Source of the DNA: Coleofasciculaceae cyanobacterium
Lineage (GTDB): Bacteria > Cyanobacteriota > Cyanobacteriia > Elainellales > Elainellaceae
Length of the DNA: 32,000 bases
Reading direction: 5' to 3'
Assembly (NCBI GenBank): GCA_036703255.1
Contig: DATNPL010000151.1
Span: forward strand, 1-32,000
Under the pieces are notes generated by a model. It ran no database searches. It was given only the letters and a program-made list of their open reading frames with translations, and had not been told where the DNA came from. The translations under genes and the position numbers were made by a program. Shown here in pieces: positions 6,840 through 13,929 of the stretch. The number at the start of each line of letters is the position of its first letter. Within the stretch, counting starts at the first letter, position 1.

Positions 6840-7106
6840 GTGAAGGTTGAGTTCCGAAAAAGCTTTGAAAAAGATCTGCGTAAACTCCGCGATGCCTCAC
6901 TGCTGCAACGAATTAAAGCTGCTATTGAAGAGGTAGAAAGTGCTGAGAGTCTTGAGACAGTCAGCAATCTTAGCAAACTTAAAGCCGAAGGCAATCACTA
7001 TCGTATCAAGATTGGGGATTACAGAATCGGCATCGCGGTTCAATCTAATTCAGTGGACTTTATTCGAGTTCTACATCGTAAGGAAATTTATCGCTACTTT
7101 CCTTGA
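6840..7106 (+). CDS. RelE/ParE-family type II toxin (88 aa)
   Basis: F-KDLRKL, KLK....YRIKIGDYRIGI and IRVLHRKEIYRYFP are the characteristic RelE/ParE (plasmid stabilisation) signature. GTG start. Confidence 0.8.
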   Translation: MKVEFRKSFEKDLRKLRDASLLQRIKAAIEEVESAESLETVSNLSKLKAEGNHYRIKIGDYRIGIAVQSNSVDFIRVLHRKEIYRYFP

Positions 7107-7131
7107 GGCTAATTCTATCGAATGATTGGAG

Positions 7132-7214
7132 AAGCGATTCAGGCAGAGCAAACCGCGCAGTTGTCCGATCATCCAGCGACACAGGATGTGCTAGAGCAAC
7201 TGAGGCGATCGTGA
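7132..7214 (+). pseudogene. Displaced copy (copy B) of the last ~27 codons plus stop of the STAND gene
   Basis: Gap-free alignment with 6471..6553, about 72 of 83 positions identical by hand count. It translates in frame to EAIQAEQTAQLSDHPATQDVLEQLRRS*, versus QAIQAGQTAQLSEHPMTQDVLEQLRRS* in the intact gene. Confidence 0.75.
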
Positions 7215-7325
7215 TAGGCTAGGCGCGATCGTCTTGGCTAAAGGCTGAGGGGCGATCGCATGAGTTCTGGGCGACTCTACAATCTTGCTACAATTCAGTC
7301 AATGCACACCCGACTCGCCACACTC

Positions 7326-7535
7326 ATGACTCACTCAGTCGAAAACTATCCCTTCGCGCAAGAGTTTATCACTGACCCTCAAGGTAAAATTCGCAAAGTC
7401 ATCTTAGACATTACAGACTACCAAAAATTGCTAGAAGCCTTAGAAGACGAGGGGCTATATCGGGCAATGCAAGAAGTTTCCTCCGAAATTCCCCTCAGTC
7501 TAGAGGATGCCTTATTAGAACTAGAGCAACCGTGA
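7326..7535 (+). CDS. Putative antitoxin of TA cassette 2
   Basis: KVILDITDYQKLLEALEDEGLYRAMQE is typical of small cyanobacterial antitoxins. Its stop overlaps the GTG of the downstream toxin (GTGA at 7532..7535). The start is uncertain: in-frame ATGs at 7260, 7302 and 7326, the first two lying inside the repeated promoter-like segment. Confidence 0.55.
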   Translation: MTHSVENYPFAQEFITDPQGKIRKVILDITDYQKLLEALEDEGLYRAMQEVSSEIPLSLEDALLELEQP

Positions 7536-7797
7536 TCGTCAATTACTTGCCAAGTTTTATTCGAGACTTGAAAGCGCTCAAGAATCCCCTATTTACGAAA
7601 CAATTAGACAGCTAGCGTTTGAAGAAATCCCTGCCAGTGGCATCGACCAAATTCCTGACCTCAAGAAAATCAAAGGATACGATCGAGCATACCGAATTCG
7701 AGTGGGCGACTATCGCGTCGGCCTCTTCATCGAAGACAACACCGTAACCTTTGCCAGAGTCCGCCATCGACGCGAGATCTATCGCTATTTCCCCTAA
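7532..7797 (+). pseudogene. RelE/ParE-family toxin with a frameshift
   Basis: From GTG 7532 the sequence reads VIVNYLPSFIRDLKALKN..., then hits TAG. The rest, (E)SPIYETIRQLAFEEIP...YRIRVGDYRVGLFI...VRHRREIYRYFP*, is in another frame. The span is 266 nt, not a multiple of 3. The shift is near the aagaatcccc run. This is a homologue of the 6840..7106 toxin. Confidence 0.75.
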
Positions 7798-7802
7798 AAC
7801 GC

Positions 7803-7869
7803 CAAACCCACGCAACGCTCAAATCATCCGCCGACACAGAGAGTGCTAGAGCAACTAAGGCGATCGTGA
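7803..7869 (+). pseudogene. Second displaced copy (copy C) of the STAND gene 3' tail
   Basis: It translates in frame to AKPTQRSNHPPTQRVLEQLRRS*. The following taggctaggcgcgatcg (to 7886) is identical to the sequence after copy B (7215..7231). Similarity resumes at tctgggcg.ctc.acaatcttgctacaattcagtcaa (7266..7301 vs 7923..7960). Confidence 0.65.
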
Positions 7870-7950
7870 TAGGCTAGGCGCGATCGCAGTCGTGACGGAG
7901 ACAGTGTTACAGCAGCTTCAGGTCTGGGCGGCTCCAACAATCTTGCTACA

Positions 7951-7996
7951 ATTCAGTCAAAGATTCAGTCAAAGATTCAGTCAAAGATTCAGTCAA
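7951..7996. repeat. 12-bp tandem repeat attcagtcaaag, ~3.8 copies, in the pta upstream region
   Basis: Perfect copies at 7951, 7963 and 7975, plus a partial copy at 7987..7996. The homologous segment at 7290..7301 has a single copy. The repeat starts within or just after a TACAAT -10-like hexamer (7947..7952). Confidence 0.9.
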
Positions 7997-8063
7997 CGTA
8001 CACTTTTCAGTCAGTTGGTTAAGCTGCCGATCGATTTGTCCTTTTGCTAAGAGCTACGTCATC

Positions 8064-10151
8064 ATGTCACGCAATCTTTACATCGCGGCGATCGCCCCCG
8101 ATAGCGGCAAATCTGTGGTTGTGTTGGGGTTGATGGAGCTACTGTCTAAGCGCATTGACAAAGTAGGATTCTTTCGTCCGGTGGTGCAGGCAGGCAGCGC
8201 CCATGATAATGATATTGAGCTAATTCGCAGCCGCTACGCGAGCGAAATTCCCTATGAGATGCAGTATGCCCTCACCCACGAAGAGGCGCGATCGCTGGTG
8301 GCGGAAGGTCGCTACGATGAGCTACTAAAGCGGGTAATTGAAAAATACAAATCGCTAGAGCGGCAATGTGATTTTGTTCTGTGCGAGGGCATTGATGCCT
8401 CTGATCTTGGCTCTGCCTTTGTAGACAACTTTGACACGCGGGTGGCAAACCTCTTGTCTGCCCCGATCTTTATGGTGGTGAATGGGCAAGACAAGCAGCC
8501 CGTCGAAGTGATTGATGCCCTCCGTACCGATCGCGAAACCTTTGTAGAGGCAGGATGTGCGATCGCCGCTACGATTGTCAATCGGGTTTTGCCTGCTCAA
8601 CATCAGGCTGTTTTAGAGTCGGTAGAAAAAATCTGGGTTTGCAAAGACCCGGTATTTGTGTTGCCAGAAGAAACGTTGCTGGCAAAACCCACGATGGCTG
8701 AGATTGCCAACGCCCTCAACGGTCAGCTTTTGTATGGCGAGGGCAGCTTGCTCAATCGGGAAGTTCTGAGCTTTAAGGTGGCTGCTATGCAGGTTGCTAA
8801 CTTTTTAAGCTATCTGGAAGAAGGCGGGCTAATCATTACACCCGGCGATCGCGCGGACGTGATTTTGGGCTGTTTGGCCAGCACGTTTTCCGATAGCTAT
8901 CCCAACATTGCAGGCATTATCCTTACGGGCGGTCTTGCGCTAGCGCCCTCGCTGCAAAAGCTGCTAGAAGGGCTGACCCGATGGACAGTGCCCATCTTTA
9001 GCGTCCAGACTGACACCTACGAAACGGCAACCCAGATCAATCAAGTCCATGCCGAAATTACGCCCGATAACGATCGCAAAATTGCCTCAGCCTTGGGTTT
9101 ATTTGAGTCCCACGTCGATATTGTCCGACTTGAGGAACAAATTTCCGTCTCCCGCTCTGGTCGGATTACGCCGCTGATGTTTGAGTATGACCTGATCGAA
9201 CGGGCGCGGGCAAACAAGCAGCACATCGTTTTGCCAGAAGGACAAGAAGAGCGCATTTTGCGGGCGGCAGAAATTCTGCTGCGGCGAGGCGTTGTTGAGC
9301 TAACGCTGCTGGGCAATGAGACAGAAATCCGAGAACACATTGCGGCGCTAGGGCTAAACCTAGACGGCATTCACATCATCGACCCGATGCAGTCAGAATG
9401 GCATGAAGCCTATGCCCAGACCTATTTTGAGCAGCGTCAGCACAAGGGCATCACGCTAGACTTTGCCCGCGACATGATGCAGGATGTCAGCTATTTTGGC
9501 ACGATGATGGTCTATAAAGGCGCGGCGGATGGCATGGTGTCAGGCGCGCTCCACACGACGGCGCACACGATTCGCCCAGCCCTAGAGTTTATTCGCACGC
9601 AGCCAGGATGCTCGATCGTCTCTAGCGTTTTTCTCATGTGTCTAGACGATCGCGTTTTGGTTTACGGCGATTGTGCCGTCAATCCTAACCCCGATCCTCA
9701 ACAACTGGCCGATATCGCCATTAGCTCAGCGGCGACGGCTGAAATGTTTGGCATCGAGCCGCTGGTGGCTCTGCTGTCTTACTCAACGGGAGAGTCGGGC
9801 AAGGGCGAAGATGTCGATAAGGTGAAGCAGGCAACCCAAATTGCTCGATCGCAGCGTCCTGATCTCAAGGTAGAAGGGCCGATTCAATATGATGCGGCAG
9901 TAGATGAAAGTGTGGCGAAGACCAAGCTGCCCGGTAGCGCTGTGGCAGGTCATGCAACAGTGTTTATCTTCCCCGACTTGAATACAGGAAATAATACCTA
10001 CAAAGCGGTGCAGCGATCGGCCAATGCGGTTGCGATCGGCCCAGTCTTGCAGGGTTTGCGTAAGCCCGTCAATGATTTGAGCCGAGGCTGCACGGTTACA
10101 GATATCGTCAATACGATCGCGATTACCGCAATTCAGGCGCAGGCTGTCTAG
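8064..10151 (+). CDS. pta: Phosphate acetyltransferase, long form (N-terminal P-loop-like/DRTGG region plus PTA_PTB domain)
   Basis: 695 aa. The N-terminus is MSRNLYIAAIAPDSGKSVV.LGL. The C-terminal catalytic domain shows HIVLPEG.EERIL.AA, GADGMVSGA.HTTA, SYSTGESGKG and IFPDLNTGNN.YK, all typical of Pta. Confidence 0.9.
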   Translation: MSRNLYIAAIAPDSGKSVVVLGLMELLSKRIDKVGFFRPVVQAGSAHDNDIELIRSRYASEIPYEMQYALTHEEARSLVAEGRYDELLKRVIEKYKSLERQCDFVLCEGIDASDLGSAFVDNFDTRVANLLSAPIFMVVNGQDKQPVEVIDALRTDRETFVEAGCAIAATIVNRVLPAQHQAVLESVEKIWVCKDPVFVLPEETLLAKPTMAEIANALNGQLLYGEGSLLNREVLSFKVAAMQVANFLSYLEEGGLIITPGDRADVILGCLASTFSDSYPNIAGIILTGGLALAPSLQKLLEGLTRWTVPIFSVQTDTYETATQINQVHAEITPDNDRKIASALGLFESHVDIVRLEEQISVSRSGRITPLMFEYDLIERARANKQHIVLPEGQEERILRAAEILLRRGVVELTLLGNETEIREHIAALGLNLDGIHIIDPMQSEWHEAYAQTYFEQRQHKGITLDFARDMMQDVSYFGTMMVYKGAADGMVSGALHTTAHTIRPALEFIRTQPGCSIVSSVFLMCLDDRVLVYGDCAVNPNPDPQQLADIAISSAATAEMFGIEPLVALLSYSTGESGKGEDVDKVKQATQIARSQRPDLKVEGPIQYDAAVDESVAKTKLPGSAVAGHATVFIFPDLNTGNNTYKAVQRSANAVAIGPVLQGLRKPVNDLSRGCTVTDIVNTIAITAIQAQAV

Positions 10152-10249
10152 GGTATCTTGCGCCCGAGAAGCTGATACTGAACCGGGGGTACAGGGTACT
10201 TTGAGAGAGTTGGTAAATATAGCTCAGCTCATATAGCCGTAATCATTGT

Positions 10250-10295
10250 GAGGACATTTTTGTGGCGCGCTCCGCGCGCCCACAAAAATGTCCTC
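10250..10295. repeat. Long GC-cored palindrome (member 1 of the TTTTGTGGCGCGC family), downstream of pta
   Basis: gaggacatttttgtggcgcgc (10250..10270) / loop tcc / gcgcgcccacaaaaatgtcctc (10274..10295). About 21 bp of pairing with one bulged C. No U-run follows on either strand. Confidence 0.75.
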
Positions 10296-10360
10296 ATCCC
10301 CGCTGTGGATATAGCTATAAATCGTAGCTACGGCTTGCCCTGTAACCTGGAATCTTTCCC

Positions 10361-12001
10361 ATGCTAGATTTTTTGCCAATTCTAGAGCGATCGCTGTTGG
10401 CAACTGGTTTAGCCGCTTCAATCCTCGTGGCTGCGGCGCTCATTGTCACATTGTGCGATCGCCATTTTGCCTCAGAAAAAGCCAGGGCGGCGCTGTCACG
10501 ACGCAGCGAAAAGCGGTTTCAGTCGCTGGTGCAAAACAGCTCAGATGTGATCATGGTGGTCTCGGAGACGGGCATCATCGCCTATGCCAGCCAATCGATT
10601 CAGCGATTGCTGGGTCACGCAGCCGAAACCTGGGTGCATTGCAATATTCTGGCGCTGGTGCATCCTCAAGACCTGGCTCAAGCTCAGGAGCTGCTGGCAA
10701 AAGTATCGCGATCGCCCAAGGCAGGAGCCGTTGTTGAGCTACAGATTCAAGATGGAACAGGGGTGTGGCGCATTCTAGAAGTGATTGCCCACAATTTATT
10801 AGATGAACCAACGGTGGCAGGCATTGTTCTCACCTGTCACGACATTACCCAACGCAAACAGCAAGAGCAAAGTTTGCGGCTGTTGCAATCGGTGGTGATG
10901 CAGGCCAAAGATCCCATCATCATTACCGAGGCCACACCGCTAGATCTGCCAGGGCCTCGCATTCTCTATGTCAATCAAGCCTTTACCAAGATTACAGGCT
11001 ATGAAGCGGAGGAGGCTCTAGGCAAAACTCCCCGAATTTTGCAGGGCGAAAAAACTGATCCTGAAGCCTTGAGTAAAATTCGGACAGCGCTAGAAGCTTG
11101 GCAACCCGTTGTGGTGGAGCTGGTTAACTACTGCAAAGACGGGACTGAGTTTTGGGCTGAGTTGAGCATTGCCCCGGTGGCTAATGAAGTGGGTTGGTTT
11201 ACCCATTGGGTAGCCATTCAGCGCAACATTACCGAGCGCAAGCAGGCCGAAGCCGAGATTCAGAAAGCTTTAGAACAAGAGCGAGAGCTGCGAGAGCTAA
11301 AGTCTCGATTTATTTCTATGGCTTCCCACGAGTTTCGGACACCCCTAGCTACCATCATGGCCTCTAGCGATTTGCTGAAATCTTTTGGGCATAAGCTCAG
11401 CGAAGAGAAGAAGCTAGAGCGCCTCAATAAAATTCAGGCGGAGGTCAACAACATGACTCAACTGCTAGAGGAAGTTTTGCTGATTGGCAAAGCCGAGGCG
11501 GGCAAGATGCAGTTCAATCCGACTCTGCTGAATTTGCCTCAGCTCTGTCAGGATATTTTGGATGAGTTGGGGCTGGCGAGCGATCGCCATAGCCTCACGT
11601 TCGAGCAGGTTGGCAATGAAGCCGAGCCGGATGGTCTCATTTCTGCTGATGAAAAACTGCTGCGCCACATTCTCACCAATTTACTTTCAAACGCAATTAA
11701 GTATTCTCCGCATGGTGGCGAAGTGAGTTTGAAACTACAGTATGAGCCAGCGTCCATTACCTTTCAAATTCAGGATCAGGGCATTGGTATCCCGCTAGCC
11801 GATCAAGGGCATTTGTTTGAGCCGTTTCATCGCGCTAGCAATGCAGGCAGCATTTCTGGTACAGGCTTGGGTCTCGCCATTATTCGATATGCAGCGACTT
11901 TGCATGGTGGCACCATTCAGTTTGACAGCACAGTGGGTTTGGGCAGCAGGTTCACGGTTTCCATTCCCCGAGTAGGTTCTGCCCAATCCACCCTGACTTG
12001 A
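10361..12001 (+). CDS. Membrane-anchored sensor histidine kinase with two PAS domains (the second LOV-like), HisKA and HATPase_c
   Basis: N-terminal hydrophobic segment. PAS with SDVIMVVSETGIIAYASQS. LOV-like NQAFTKITGYEAEEALGKTPRILQGEKTD...NYCKDGTEFW. H-box SHEFRTPLATI. N-box LTNLLSNAIKYS. G-box GTGLGLAI. Confidence 0.9.
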   Translation: MLDFLPILERSLLATGLAASILVAAALIVTLCDRHFASEKARAALSRRSEKRFQSLVQNSSDVIMVVSETGIIAYASQSIQRLLGHAAETWVHCNILALVHPQDLAQAQELLAKVSRSPKAGAVVELQIQDGTGVWRILEVIAHNLLDEPTVAGIVLTCHDITQRKQQEQSLRLLQSVVMQAKDPIIITEATPLDLPGPRILYVNQAFTKITGYEAEEALGKTPRILQGEKTDPEALSKIRTALEAWQPVVVELVNYCKDGTEFWAELSIAPVANEVGWFTHWVAIQRNITERKQAEAEIQKALEQERELRELKSRFISMASHEFRTPLATIMASSDLLKSFGHKLSEEKKLERLNKIQAEVNNMTQLLEEVLLIGKAEAGKMQFNPTLLNLPQLCQDILDELGLASDRHSLTFEQVGNEAEPDGLISADEKLLRHILTNLLSNAIKYSPHGGEVSLKLQYEPASITFQIQDQGIGIPLADQGHLFEPFHRASNAGSISGTGLGLAIIRYAATLHGGTIQFDSTVGLGSRFTVSIPRVGSAQSTLT

Positions 12002-12047
12002 TTTGCCTTGACCCTTCGCCTTCCTTCGACTAGCCATTAAAGACGCA

Positions 12048-13796
12048 ATGACCACTATTCTAATTGTTGAAGATACAGCTTCTTTGCGGGAAGAAATCCT
12101 GCAAATGCTGAATCTAATGAATTTTCAAGGTGTTGGTGCACCGGATGGTGTCACGGCCGTACAGTTAGCCCAGCAGTATCTTCCAGATATCATTCTCTGC
12201 GACATCATGATGCCAGAAATGGATGGATATGCGGTTCTACAAACCCTGCGGCGCAATCCTGAAACGGCACGCATTCCCTTTATATTTCTGACGGCCAAAG
12301 CCGATCGCGCTGATATCCGGCGAGGCATGAACTTGGGAGCCGATGACTATCTCACGAAGCCTTTTACCAGCGATGATTTGGGTGAGGCGATCGCTGCCCG
12401 ACTTTACAAGCATGCCGCCATTACCACGCCCTATGTCTCCGAAATGAAGCGGGCGGCAGAACAGTTGGGGCAGATGGCTTTTCGAGATGGACTCACGGGG
12501 CTACCCAATCGTATTCAGTTTCAGCATCGCCTTCAGGAGGCATTGGTTCAGGCAAAGCTCAGACACAGGGCGATCGGAGTGTTGTGCCTCAATCTAGAGC
12601 GATTTCGAGCGGTCAACGTGCGCTTTGGCCAGTCGGCAGGAGATACGCTATTGCAGGCAGTGGCCGAACGGCTAAAAGCTTGCGTCACGAGCAATGATAC
12701 GGTTGCCCGACTCAGCGGCGATGAGTTTTGCGTCTTGTTGCCCAACCGTGATCTCGATGGCAACTTAGACGGTGACTCTAACGGCGACATTGCTCTGGCG
12801 GCGGAGGAAATTCTCAAAACGCTATCGGCTCCCTACCTGATTCAAGATCAGTCCCTGCGGATTCAAATCAACATGGGTGGCACGATTTATCCCAACGACT
12901 GTAGCCCTGGCGATCGCTTGCTCAACCATGCCGTCATTGCAATGAATTGGGGCAGAGATCAAGGCAATGCTAGCTGTCAGTTTTACAGCGGCGAAATCGC
13001 TCAGGCTACCGCTAATCGCCACATTTTAGAAACCGGACTCCGACGCGCATTGGACAAATCGGAGCTAAAGGTTCACTATCAGCCTCAGGTCAATCTAGTG
13101 ACCGGACGAATTATTGGAGCAGAGGCTTTTTTGCGGTGGCAGAGCGCTGAGCTAGGTTCGGTACCGCCTTTCAGCTTTATTCCGGTGGCAGAAGAGACAG
13201 GTCTGATTGTTCCGATCGGCGCATGGATGATACAAATGGCTTGCTTGCAGGCCAAACTGTGGCAATCGCAATATTTGCTGCCCCTGCGAATGTCGGTCAA
13301 TCTCTCAGCCTATCAGTTTAAGCAGCCCGGCCTGAGGCGATCGATCGCGCAAGTCTTGCAGGAAACAGAGCTAGACGCTGATTTATTAGCGATCGAGCTG
13401 TCTGAAGCCACCATTATGGAAGATGTAGAAGCCAGCCTGATCACGCTGCAACAAATTAAAGAGTTGGGTGTTCATGTCAGCATTGACGACTTTGGCACAG
13501 GCTATTCATCTCTCAACTATCTGACGCAACTGCCGATTGATACTCTCAAAATTGACCGCGCTTTTATCAGCAATATTGCCAGCCCCGATCATGATGGGGC
13601 GATCGCTTCAGCCATTACAGCATTGGCTCGTAGCCTAAATTTGCGTGTGGTGGCCGAGGGCGTTGAGACACAAGAGCAGCTTGCCTTTCTCCGCCGACAG
13701 GGTTGCAATGCGCTGCAAGGTTTTCTGTTTAGTCCGGCAATTTCTGCTGAGGAGTTTGAGAAACTTTTAGCAGAAGATAAGCGATTGTCGCTTTAG
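12048..13796 (+). CDS. Response regulator: REC + GGDEF (SGDEF variant) + EAL (EAF variant)
   Basis: REC: ILIVEDT...DIILCDIMMPEMDGY...TAK. GGDEF domain with RLSGDEFCVLL. EAL domain with GAEAFLRW, DDFGTGYSSLNYL, AEGVET and QGFLFS. It lies 46 nt downstream of the kinase gene. Confidence 0.9.
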   Translation: MTTILIVEDTASLREEILQMLNLMNFQGVGAPDGVTAVQLAQQYLPDIILCDIMMPEMDGYAVLQTLRRNPETARIPFIFLTAKADRADIRRGMNLGADDYLTKPFTSDDLGEAIAARLYKHAAITTPYVSEMKRAAEQLGQMAFRDGLTGLPNRIQFQHRLQEALVQAKLRHRAIGVLCLNLERFRAVNVRFGQSAGDTLLQAVAERLKACVTSNDTVARLSGDEFCVLLPNRDLDGNLDGDSNGDIALAAEEILKTLSAPYLIQDQSLRIQINMGGTIYPNDCSPGDRLLNHAVIAMNWGRDQGNASCQFYSGEIAQATANRHILETGLRRALDKSELKVHYQPQVNLVTGRIIGAEAFLRWQSAELGSVPPFSFIPVAEETGLIVPIGAWMIQMACLQAKLWQSQYLLPLRMSVNLSAYQFKQPGLRRSIAQVLQETELDADLLAIELSEATIMEDVEASLITLQQIKELGVHVSIDDFGTGYSSLNYLTQLPIDTLKIDRAFISNIASPDHDGAIASAITALARSLNLRVVAEGVETQEQLAFLRRQGCNALQGFLFSPAISAEEFEKLLAEDKRLSL

Positions 13797-13846
13797 CTAA
13801 GGATGGCGGTGGCCCCTCACTCGATCGCGTTGGGCATCGATAAAAA

Positions 13847-13878
13847 TTAAGGTTTTGTGGCGTGCCGCAAAACCTTAA
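13847..13878 (-). terminator. Intrinsic terminator for the minus-strand 13930..15891 gene (member 2 of the palindrome family)
   Basis: A 14-bp stem ttaaggttttgtgg / ccgcaaaaccttaa (one G-U) with loop cgtg. In the minus sense it is followed by TTTTTAT (complement of 13840..13846). Confidence 0.55.
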
Positions 13879-13929
13879 AAGCTGGATTTCAAAGTCGAGA
13901 AGACTTTATCGCTACAGACTTTATAGCGA

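Noticed and set aside
7612-7815. 67-aa minus-strand ORF
   Set aside because: It lies antisense to the C-terminal two-thirds of the RelE/ParE pseudogene, whose plus-strand translation (YRIRVGDYRVGLF...EIYRYFP) is clearly the genuine coding frame.
10224-10421. 65-aa minus-strand ORF
   Set aside because: It spans the 10250..10295 palindrome and overlaps the start of the histidine kinase gene on the opposite strand, so it is most likely spurious.
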